64,000 nucleotides of DNA, taken from positions 99,173 to 163,172 of the IMG/VR virus record IMGVR_UViG_2816332320_000003; one strand, given 5' to 3'. A program made the translations under genes and the position numbers. This DNA comes from a virus (taxonomy: Duplodnaviria > Caudoviricetes). The notes under the pieces are model-generated. The model worked only from the letters and a program-made list of their open reading frames with translations, searched no databases and was not told the DNA's origin. The stretch's first letter is position 1. Each line of letters opens with the position of its first letter. Of this stretch, positions 27,746 through 37,100 are shown in pieces.

Positions 27746-29017
27746 ATGAAGATTGATGAAATCCGCAATTTCAAAAAGTATGTTGAGGGTGGGTCTTTCA
27801 ATAATGGCTTTCTAGATAAACTTGCAGATAGATACTCTCAGCAAAACAGCAGCTCTATCTCCACTTTCGATATCATTTTTAGTTCTAATCGAGTCAATGA
27901 GCTAATCAAGGATGGAATTTCTTATAAATGTGTTGTTGATTACGGTAACCTTCCATCTAAAGCAAATGTCAAAAGTGCCCAAAGAAGTTTTCATCATGAG
28001 GTATGGACAAAGCGTAATGACAACATTAGGACTGGGGATATTGTTGAGTTCTCTCACGATCCCCTCATAGATAAGAAAACTTTCATTATTATGAACACCT
28101 TGAAAACAAGAGATCAATATGATTTAAATGTTATGCAAATTACTCAAGGAACCTTGAAATGGTTAAACTCGTCAGGTGTCATTAAGGAAACTCCATTTAC
28201 TCAAAAATCAACCTCTTCAGCCTATCCTCTCGAAGAAGATAAAATTATGATTTTATCGAAAGAAAGACGTAACATTCTTGTTCAAGCGAATGAAGATACG
28301 CTAGGAATTGACAAAGGTCAACGATTCATCTTTGATAGACGCTGCTGGAAGGTTGTTGGGTTTGATGGTTTGACGACTGGACTCCTTGAGTTAACTGTTG
28401 AAGAAGACCAAATACATAGTTCTATTGACAACCTTGCACTTAGAATTGCTGATTATAATGGTAAGGTAACCGACTACAAGGTTTTAGTGTTGAATGGCTC
28501 TACAAACAGTTTAGCTTTAGATGATACATTGCAGCTAAATATTCGAGTCACTAACAGAGGATTTGATATCCCCTCCCCACTACTCCACTTCTCTTCATCA
28601 GACGATAGTATTGCAACTGTGTCTGAGACTGGATTGATTCAAGCGGTTGGTAAGGGAGAAGTAATTGTTCATATCACCTACAAGGACGTATCATCTTCTA
28701 TTAATATAAATGTAACTGACCGAAGAACTTACAATTACACCCTTGATATCATTGGTAGTGATGAGGTTAAAATTAGTAAATCTCAAAAATATCAAGTATC
28801 TTTCTTTAATAATGGAGAACCAATTAGTGACACTGCCAAATTCTCATTAACTTCATTAGATGGTACTCCTACTCAATTAGCAACTTTAAAGCCTCTAGAT
28901 AATACTACATGTGAAATCACAGCAGGAAAGGCAATTGGAAAGATTGTCTTAAATGTAAGTAATCAAAATGGATTAATAACTAACAAAAAAGAAATCAAAA
29001 TAAAATCATTGATATAG
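27746..29017 (+). CDS. head closure protein with Ig-like (Big_2) domains
   Basis: SSSDDSIATVSETGLIQAVGKGEV.V Big_2 signature. Confidence 0.65.
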   Translation: MKIDEIRNFKKYVEGGSFNNGFLDKLADRYSQQNSSSISTFDIIFSSNRVNELIKDGISYKCVVDYGNLPSKANVKSAQRSFHHEVWTKRNDNIRTGDIVEFSHDPLIDKKTFIIMNTLKTRDQYDLNVMQITQGTLKWLNSSGVIKETPFTQKSTSSAYPLEEDKIMILSKERRNILVQANEDTLGIDKGQRFIFDRRCWKVVGFDGLTTGLLELTVEEDQIHSSIDNLALRIADYNGKVTDYKVLVLNGSTNSLALDDTLQLNIRVTNRGFDIPSPLLHFSSSDDSIATVSETGLIQAVGKGEVIVHITYKDVSSSININVTDRRTYNYTLDIIGSDEVKISKSQKYQVSFFNNGEPISDTAKFSLTSLDGTPTQLATLKPLDNTTCEITAGKAIGKIVLNVSNQNGLITNKKEIKIKSLI

Positions 29018-29028
29018 GAGCGATTGCT

Positions 29029-29541
29029 ATGGGACAAGCTAACATTCGGCTGACTAACCTTTCTGTAGAAGCCTTTGTTACCACTGGCACAAATAACAAC
29101 TATCTGGTCTTTAAACCACTTCCCTACTCTAAGCAAAATAGTAGTGGAATTGATGGACACATTCAATTCGATGGTATTACTGCAACTGAAATTGTTGAAG
29201 CCGATCTAGATGTAGTACTTACGGGAACTAGCTATGCCTTTGCCATTGGAACTGATAACAAGATTAAACTTGCCTTTGCCAAAGCAACTCATGCCACCAA
29301 AGCTGACGCGACTGCCGCCTTGAAAAATGTACTGGTTACATATGAGCTGGGCAATTTGAAATTAGACGCAGATAACTACACTCTTATTGCAAGAGATAGC
29401 ACAGATGAAGAAGTGCATGCCACTACTCCTGTAACACTTGAGCAAGCTATGAACATTATTAAGACACTTGATATGAGTAGAGATACTAACTCTGATGGAT
29501 TTCTTCGCTACGAACTAGTGCATAATTTTATTGTCAATTAG
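29029..29541 (+). CDS. virion structural protein
   Basis: 170 aa within the neck/tail operon; RBS AGGAG. Confidence 0.55.
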   Translation: MGQANIRLTNLSVEAFVTTGTNNNYLVFKPLPYSKQNSSGIDGHIQFDGITATEIVEADLDVVLTGTSYAFAIGTDNKIKLAFAKATHATKADATAALKNVLVTYELGNLKLDADNYTLIARDSTDEEVHATTPVTLEQAMNIIKTLDMSRDTNSDGFLRYELVHNFIVN

Positions 29542-29554
29542 CTGAGGTGATAAA

Positions 29555-30028
29555 GTGTCGAGACTAGAAAAACTTAGTGCTGATAAGCTTACAGTGATGA
29601 AAAGAATTTTATCATCACAAGATATCTGCAAGGCGCTTAAATATTCAGATACTGGCTTTCTTGATCAGCCTGACATCGAAGATACCTCAAGTCTTATTTA
29701 CGAACAAGTATTTCCATACAAAAAGATTCCAGATTTTAATAAAGATAAGACCTCTTTCATAACACTCTCCTTCAATAAATATCGTCCTATTCGAAATTCG
29801 TTTAAATCAGGAGTAATTTACATACATGTATTAGTTCATCAAGATCTCATGAAGACTGATTATGGCGTTCTGCGAACAGATTATCTCATTACTCAAATTG
29901 ATAAGTTGATGAATAGCACACAAGGCATTGGGATTGGGAAAGTGGAGTTTTTTGAAATGGACGAGCTCAACATAAATGAAAAGTACATGGGCATCTATAT
30001 TGCTTATCGTTTGGTTGAGTTTAATTAG
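29555..30028 (+). CDS. tail terminator-like protein
   Basis: Position and size; R.DYL...IDKL.N..GIG pattern. Confidence 0.55.
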   Translation: MSRLEKLSADKLTVMKRILSSQDICKALKYSDTGFLDQPDIEDTSSLIYEQVFPYKKIPDFNKDKTSFITLSFNKYRPIRNSFKSGVIYIHVLVHQDLMKTDYGVLRTDYLITQIDKLMNSTQGIGIGKVEFFEMDELNINEKYMGIYIAYRLVEFN

Positions 30029-30036
30029 GTGATTTA

Positions 30037-30732
30037 ATGGATAAGTTGCAAATGTTCCTAGGAATGCCTTTTTCAACTGATACAAACTGCAAGATCAAAT
30101 CACCTACTGTTCGATCAATCGCAGAAATTGGTGAAGGCATGTACAACTTCTATTTGTCTTTAGCATCGTTTAATAAAGATGAGCTGGTTAAGGCTCTTTT
30201 CAATCCATCATTTGAAGAGATGAAGGAAATTCAAGAATATGATGACTATAATTTTTTGATATCCACTCCATTATTATCTGAGCTCGAAAGGGCGCTCAGT
30301 TTCTTTACTGGTAGCAATGTTATCTTTCTAAATGACATGTTCTTGATAGATGGTCTCACTTTGGTATCTTTAGATAATTACAAAGAAATATCAAGAGTAG
30401 TTCAAGAGCTTAATGGAATTCAAGAAAAAGAAAAGCCTAAATTTAGCAATAAAACAGCAGAAAAAAATTACTATTTGATGCTAGAGATGGAACAAAAATA
30501 CAACTCAAATGAAAGCCTCTCTTTAAAAGATATTTGTTCTATTTTATGTAATGCAGAGGGCAATGGAATCAACGTTTTTAATATTGGAGATTTAACCATT
30601 TATCAGTTATACGAGCATTTTGAACGACTATCAGTAAAGGAATCACACCGAAGAATGTTGCAAGTTTGGGCAAACGGGCATTTAAAAGATGATATTAAAT
30701 TACAAGATTGGCTAGTCAAAACAAAACTTTAA
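30037..30732 (+). CDS. YomV-like tail assembly protein
   Basis: SPTVRSI.EIG and I.DLTIYQL motifs; position. Confidence 0.55.
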   Translation: MDKLQMFLGMPFSTDTNCKIKSPTVRSIAEIGEGMYNFYLSLASFNKDELVKALFNPSFEEMKEIQEYDDYNFLISTPLLSELERALSFFTGSNVIFLNDMFLIDGLTLVSLDNYKEISRVVQELNGIQEKEKPKFSNKTAEKNYYLMLEMEQKYNSNESLSLKDICSILCNAEGNGINVFNIGDLTIYQLYEHFERLSVKESHRRMLQVWANGHLKDDIKLQDWLVKTKL

Positions 30733-30736
30733 TTTA

Positions 30737-30760
30737 AGTGACCTTAAGGTCACTCTTTTT
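30737..30760 (+). terminator. intrinsic terminator-like hairpin
   Basis: AGTGACC-TTAA-GGTCACT followed by a T tract. Confidence 0.6.
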
Positions 30761-30779
30761 ATTATCAGGAGGTAATTGA

Positions 30780-31556
30780 ATGAAAGCAGGACGCTATGGT
30801 TCACGGGCAATTCTCAACCCAACATTTATTGATTACGCAACTGGAAAGCCATTTATGCATATGGACTACGCGAATACTGCCTCTCAAGAGACAACCGCAG
30901 ACGTTGTATACGCAACTGGTGGTGATGGCGCTCCGAGGCGTATCAGCTTCTTTGGTAGTAAGCAAAGCACATTGACATTCGAAACGCAAATTTTTACCAT
31001 GAAGCACTTAGCTATGTTTGCAGGTCGTGACATTGAAAAAGGTGTTAGGAGTATCTTTAAGCGTGAAGTTGTGCCTGTTGTAGATAAATCTGGCACCTTA
31101 ACAATTACTCTACAAAAAACACCTGTTAACCTCACAAGTATGACCGTTCTTTTGTTTGAGAATGGCGTAGCAACCGAAGAAATCGTACCTACAGCAATTA
31201 AAACAAAAGATGTAGAACTAACTACAGGAACGGTCGTTGCTGGTGATGAGGTGGAGGTTTTCTATCGATTTGAAACAACCACTGAAGCTCAAAGATTAAG
31301 CATCACATCAGGAGATTTCCCTAAATATATACAAATTATTGGCGACACTGTATATGCAGATGAAGTAAATACTGGAATTGTATCCGGTCAGTTGACATAT
31401 TTCAAAGCTCGTCTTCAACCTAACTTTACATTAAACTTCTCGCCAACTGGAGACCCAACTAGCCTATCTATGGTGTTTGATATCTTCCCTCAGAAGGTAC
31501 TTGTTGATGGATCTTACAAAGATACACTATACGATATTGTTCTCTATGATGAATAA
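30780..31556 (+). CDS. major tail tube protein
   Basis: VYATGG.G.PRRISF and F.LNFSPTGDP motifs; 258 aa, beta-rich. Confidence 0.75.
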   Translation: MKAGRYGSRAILNPTFIDYATGKPFMHMDYANTASQETTADVVYATGGDGAPRRISFFGSKQSTLTFETQIFTMKHLAMFAGRDIEKGVRSIFKREVVPVVDKSGTLTITLQKTPVNLTSMTVLLFENGVATEEIVPTAIKTKDVELTTGTVVAGDEVEVFYRFETTTEAQRLSITSGDFPKYIQIIGDTVYADEVNTGIVSGQLTYFKARLQPNFTLNFSPTGDPTSLSMVFDIFPQKVLVDGSYKDTLYDIVLYDE

Positions 31557-31611
31557 AAATAATAAAACGGGTAGAGTTAATCTCTACCCTCTCATATTGG
31601 GGAGGTAAATA

Positions 31612-32040
31612 ATGAAGTTTTACAACTTCGAATTGAAACATCTGTTTGATTTCCTTATCTCATTGGAGCTTGTTGGAAAACAGAACAGAATGCGAACCCG
31701 ATTTTGCAAACTTATTGGTGAACAGATTAATGAATTCATGGAACAAAAAGATCGCTTGATTTTTGAGTTCTCGAAAAAAGATGAAAACGGCAAACCACTA
31801 TTTGAAAATCTTAATGAAACCCAAGTTAAGTACCATTTAACTGATGCAGATTCCTTTAACAATGAACTTAACCTTCTAATGTGCGAAGAGTTTGTTATTG
31901 AAGAATCTGAAGCATATCGAGACATGCTTTTGACGGTCGGTGACATTTTAACTAACCTTACTATTCCTTTAAGTGGGCAAGAAGCTTTTCAATATGATCG
32001 ATACTGCGAAGCTTTCGAACGACTAAATTATGCAAACTAA
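31612..32040 (+). CDS. DUF1617-like protein
   Basis: L.LVGKQ.RMRTRF...KDENGKP pattern. Confidence 0.55.
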   Translation: MKFYNFELKHLFDFLISLELVGKQNRMRTRFCKLIGEQINEFMEQKDRLIFEFSKKDENGKPLFENLNETQVKYHLTDADSFNNELNLLMCEEFVIEESEAYRDMLLTVGDILTNLTIPLSGQEAFQYDRYCEAFERLNYAN

Positions 32041-32072
32041 ACAGATCAATCAAATTAGGGAGGGAATTTGAA

Positions 32073-32564
32073 ATGGCAAAAGCACCAAATCTGTCTATAG
32101 CTCATGCTAAGAAAGAAGACGCAAAAAAATACAAAAAGAAAAATCAAGTCCTATTCCATGACGGAACTAAATTAGATGTTGACGCAGTGTTTCGACCATC
32201 TAAAAAAGAAGAACTTGGCGCTGATCTTTTGAAATTAATTCAGGGAAAGATTGAAAAACTAGAGAATGTTGATGGTAATCTTCTCATGGCTGTTCTTACT
32301 TCTCTTATCGTTAAGCACTTTACCTCTATTGAAGTAAAAGCCTTAGAAACATTTGACGATCACTTAAAGATGTACAATATCTTGCAAGATAATGATTACC
32401 TCTCCCCTATTCTCCAAACGTTCAATCCTGTTGACCTTCAAACTATGATTGAAGATACGATTAAAGAAGCTAATAAACAGATGAAAAAGATAAGCGATGA
32501 GCTTAATAGAGTGTTTGAGAGTCAGATGGAAAGTCGCAGTGAACTAAATGAAGAAACAGTTTAG
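32073..32564 (+). CDS. tail assembly chaperone-like protein
   Basis: Position between the tail tube and tape measure genes. Confidence 0.55.
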   Translation: MAKAPNLSIAHAKKEDAKKYKKKNQVLFHDGTKLDVDAVFRPSKKEELGADLLKLIQGKIEKLENVDGNLLMAVLTSLIVKHFTSIEVKALETFDDHLKMYNILQDNDYLSPILQTFNPVDLQTMIEDTIKEANKQMKKISDELNRVFESQMESRSELNEETV

Positions 32565-32970
32565 GAATCTAAATGAACTGAACCGATTCTTGAATAATCA
32601 AGTCAAGCAGTCTTTGGTTAAGGATGTTGGAGTTAAGGTTAAACAAGTCATGCAGGAACATGTGGTTGATGATGTCTATGACGCCTATTCCCCCACTCAG
32701 TATGAGCGCACTGGTGAGTTAGCAAAAGAGATTGATGTAAAACAATGTATCAACGGTGTTGAAATTACGCCAACTCGTGAAGACAATGGACGGTACATAC
32801 CTTCAATTATTGAATCAGGTCAAGGATATTCATGGAAAGGATCTGAAATCTATAGCACTCAACAAAAACGCCCTTTTGTTGAAAACACAAGACGAGAAAT
32901 CGTTGAGAAGAACATCCACGTCGAAGAGCTGCGTAAAAGCCTCCGTATGAGGGGCTTCGAAGTAAAGTAG
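32548..32970 (+). CDS. HK97 gp10-like tail completion protein
   Basis: VYDAYSPTQYERTG.L and RPFVENT motifs. Confidence 0.65.
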   Translation: MKKQFRNLNELNRFLNNQVKQSLVKDVGVKVKQVMQEHVVDDVYDAYSPTQYERTGELAKEIDVKQCINGVEITPTREDNGRYIPSIIESGQGYSWKGSEIYSTQQKRPFVENTRREIVEKNIHVEELRKSLRMRGFEVK

Positions 32971-33984
32971 GTGAGCAATTTGAGTAAGAAAATAAATAAA
33001 AATATGCTAAGAGAACGTGCTTTAAAACTCCCCAAAGTTGATGACAGCATGTGGCTACAAATAGACAATAAAAACAGAGAACTTGCTGATGAATTTCTTG
33101 AAATGAACTCTTCACTGTCATCCAAAACATTAAAACAGTACAAATCTAATCTCAGACAGTTTTTTTGGTGGGTGCATATTGCACTAAATGGAAAGAAACT
33201 TCACAGTATTACAAAACGTGATGCCTTAAGATACATTAATTATCTTCAAGCGAGAGGAATGTCCTCAAGTGCTGTTGGTCTAAAAAAATCTGTTGTTTCA
33301 AGTTTTAATAATTACATTGAAAACATAGTAGCAGATGATGATCCAGACTTCAAAATGTTTAAAAATTTTACTAGAGGTCTACCAGCGATTCCAAAAAACC
33401 AGACTTACGAAAAGGTCAAAATCACAAAAGATGAGTATGATTTGTTAATTTCAACACTTCTTGATGATGAAAATTATCTGGGTGCGGCTTGGACTGCTAC
33501 TGCATTTAATGTAGGTGCTCGAAGAGCTGAAATTCCTCAATTCAAAACAGAGCTCTTAGATTATCCTATTCCTGATGGACAGAATTACATTCTAAGTCAT
33601 AACGTTCGACTAAAGGGGCGTGGTGAGGATGGAAAGATTGAACCGTATATGATCAATCTTGAAGCTTTAAAGCATATGAAGCTCTGGGTTGATAAACGTG
33701 GCTATGAGAGTGAATATATCTTTACCACAAAATATGGTGGAATCGTCAAGTCGATGTCAGAAACATGGGCAGATGAATTTTGTACCAATGTATTATCAGA
33801 TATTTTGGGACGAAGGATTAATCCTCACCTTTTTAAGGCTTCTTGTGTCACTTATCTACTTGAGCAAGGGATTGATCTTGCACTTGTGTCTAAACATGTG
33901 GCACACCATAATGATGTTTCCACTACAATTAAACACTATGATCTACGCGATTTCGCAGAGGAAAAGAATAAAATCTTTGGATAG
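32971..33984 (+). CDS. tyrosine recombinase, YomM-like, inside tail operon
   Basis: GARRAE, KG, HLFK and HHND..TT.KHY motifs. Confidence 0.88.
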   Translation: MSNLSKKINKNMLRERALKLPKVDDSMWLQIDNKNRELADEFLEMNSSLSSKTLKQYKSNLRQFFWWVHIALNGKKLHSITKRDALRYINYLQARGMSSSAVGLKKSVVSSFNNYIENIVADDDPDFKMFKNFTRGLPAIPKNQTYEKVKITKDEYDLLISTLLDDENYLGAAWTATAFNVGARRAEIPQFKTELLDYPIPDGQNYILSHNVRLKGRGEDGKIEPYMINLEALKHMKLWVDKRGYESEYIFTTKYGGIVKSMSETWADEFCTNVLSDILGRRINPHLFKASCVTYLLEQGIDLALVSKHVAHHNDVSTTIKHYDLRDFAEEKNKIFG

Positions 33985-34134
33985 TATGTCTGTAAAAGTA
34001 CCAGTAGGACTCCCTCCCCTACTGGCAGTCTTATATACATAACACAATCAAATTCTAGTTTTATTTAAAAATATTCCAATCACCACTCACCCTTGATGGT
34101 GATTTTTTTATTTCACCTGAAAGGATGTGGTCAT

Positions 34135-37100
34135 GTGGTAAATGATAACAGGCTCAGTATTGTTATTACTGGACAGCTTGATTTAAAAAATACAGAAAAA
34201 CATATTAATCAGCAATTAAAAAACTTAAAAAAAGAAAATATAAGCTTAAATGTTAACTTCCAAACAGAAAAGTTAAATAAGTTTACTACAGCGGTACGTA
34301 AACAGGTCATTAGCTATGAACAATGGTGGACAAATGCACTTTTTAAAGAAGAAAAGCAGCGTGAGCAAATTCTTCAAACTGAACACAAAATCCGAAGAAA
34401 AATTGAACAACTGCAACTTGAGCAGCAGCAAAGAGAGCAAAAAGCTGCACAAGACTACAGCAATTGGTGGACACGAGCACTTAGGGAACGTGAACTAAAG
34501 GAAGCAAATCTAAATCAACGTGCTTCTTCTCAACAAGCAAAAGCTGCACAAGACTATTCTAACTGGTGGGCAAGGGCGCTTCGAGAACGTGAAATACGTG
34601 AAAATCAGAGTCAGCAAAAGTTGCAATCCAGTTTAAGTTTGTATCAAGAAAAGGCTAACTTCAATGCAAGTAGACTTTTACAAAATAATGGCAAGTTTGT
34701 TGATCAAGCCATGCTACGTGATTGGTCAAATGAAGTTCAAAGGCTAACTGCAAGTACTCCTCGACTTCAACAAGAGATGGCGAGGCTAAGTGAACGATTC
34801 CGACAAATTAGTGCCTCTGCAAGTGATGCAAAGAAATCTTCAATGTCATTAACTGATCAATTAGGTCACTCGTTTGGGAAGATAGCTATATGGGGTGGAG
34901 CATCTACCCTATTCTATGGAGTTATAAGTGGACTTCGAGAGATGCTCCAAGTTATTGTTCAATTAGACACTCAAATGACTCAACTAAAGCGCGTTATGAG
35001 TGAAGGCACAAATTTTGATGCCATGTTTGAGTCATCAATACAACTAGCCAACGATTTAGGTCAAAAAATTACGACAATTAATGAATCCATGATTGAGTAC
35101 GCTAGAACTGGACTTGATCCTGCTCTAGTTGAAGAATATTCTAAAGCAACTGTATTGGCAATGAACATTTCAGAGCTTACGGCTAAGGAAGCTTCTGACA
35201 CTATTATTGCAGGTATGCTTATCTTCAAAGATGAAGTTAAAGATTCTATTGACTTAGTATCAAGGCTAAATGAAGTCGATAATAATTTTGCAGTTACAAC
35301 AAAAGACTTGAGTAATGCTCTAATGAAAGCCGCCTCTTCTGGTAAAACTGCTGGCGTTTCTCTTAATGAACTGCTTGGTCATGTTACTGCAATCCAAGAA
35401 GCCACCCGAGAAGGCGGCAAAGTTATTGGTAATGCTTTGAAGACAATCTATGTAAACATTACTTCCGATAGAGGCGCGATTGACGCTTTAAATAAAATTG
35501 GTATCACTATGAAAGATGCCAATGGAGATTTAAAAAGTGCATCCACTCTCTTAGAAGAATTAGCTATGAAGTGGAGCACCCTCTCCGAAGAAGAGCAGAG
35601 AAACACTAGTTTGGCAATTGCCAAAAAATATCATATCAATCGTCTCAATGCTTTGATGATGAATTTTAGTCAATCCTTAAGCGCTTCTGAGACAGCTTTA
35701 AATTCTGAGGGTTCAGCTATCCGCGAAAATGCAAAGTACATGGAAAGTTTGCAAGCTAAAATAAACAAACTGTCAGCCGCTTGGGAAGAGCTATCTTATG
35801 TTGTTGGACAGTCTGGTTTAGCGGATGTGTTTTCAGGTGCTTTACAATTAGTCACTGGTATCGCTCGTGCCACTTCATTTCTGGTAGATACGACCAAAGA
35901 CTGGGGCAGTTTTTTATCTACTATCTCTGGAATTTTGGGTGGCCCTCTGATTAGTGGCTTAAATGCTGTAGCTAGTTTGAGTAAACTTCTTGGGGATTCA
36001 TTCACTTTTTCATCAACTGACACGCTCATTGAAAATGCAAGAGCAACAATTTTAAATGCAGATTCACTTGACTCTTTGATTAAGAAATACAAGGAACTTT
36101 CAGACCCTAGTAAAAAATCAATAGGCGAACAAGAAGAGCTTTCGAAAGTCCTAAGCAAAATTCAAGAGATCGCACCTTCACTCGTAACAAGTGTAGACGA
36201 ATACGGCAATGCACTGAGTATCAATGCTGATCATGCTGAAAAGTATGCTGCTGTTCTTCGCACTTTAAGCGAAGAACAGTTAAGCTTGATGGAAATTAAA
36301 AATCAGACTGATCTTCAAAAAGTCAATGAAGAAATTGCCTTAAAGCAAAAAGAGGTTAACGCTCTACTTAAAGACCTTGAATCTTCAATGAAGACTGTTT
36401 CAGAGTATGAGGATAAGACCAAGGTTAGTAGCATTGATGCTGCAATTGAAAAATCAAAATCCCAGCTTGAAGAAATTGCCAATAAACTTGCACAAGCATC
36501 TGCAAATGGAAACCAAAAGCTAAAACAAGAACTACAAGAAGAGTATCAAATTATAATTGATGCACGTAACAAGTACATCGAAGCAAAAAACTATGTAATT
36601 AGTCAAGACACTAAAAGCATTGATGAATTACGTGAGCTTTCTCAAACCAAAAAGGGATATGAAGATCTTAAAGATACAATAGATCAAGTTCGTGGGACTA
36701 AGAAAGCAACTGCTGATGCTACAAATGACTTAGGAATTCAGTTTTTAAATCTTAATAGTGAAATGGATGACACACTCGTCAACTTTGAGGAACTTGAAAG
36801 CCAAAGTAAAGCTGTCGAAGACGAGTTTAAAGAAATTTCGGACTCGCTTGCTGAGTATAATTCTATTCTCCAAGATGTGTCTGAGGGCAAATCCATTTCT
36901 GCTGAAAAAGCTGCTCAATTAATCTTAAAAGAAAAAGAGCTAACCAATGCCTTCACCATTGAGAATGGCATGATAAAGGTTAATGTTGAAGCTATCCACG
37001 ACATGCGGAATAAAAAGCTTAAGGCTTTTGCTGATATTGAAACCGCTAGAAACAAAGACCTTGCTGATCAAAAGAGTAAACTGGTTGAGAAGCTTAAAGG

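Noticed and set aside
29029-32970. Contractile tail sheath or programmed tail-chaperone frameshift
   Set aside because: No ORF has sheath-like size or motifs, and I identified no convincing slippery site linking the chaperone ORFs.
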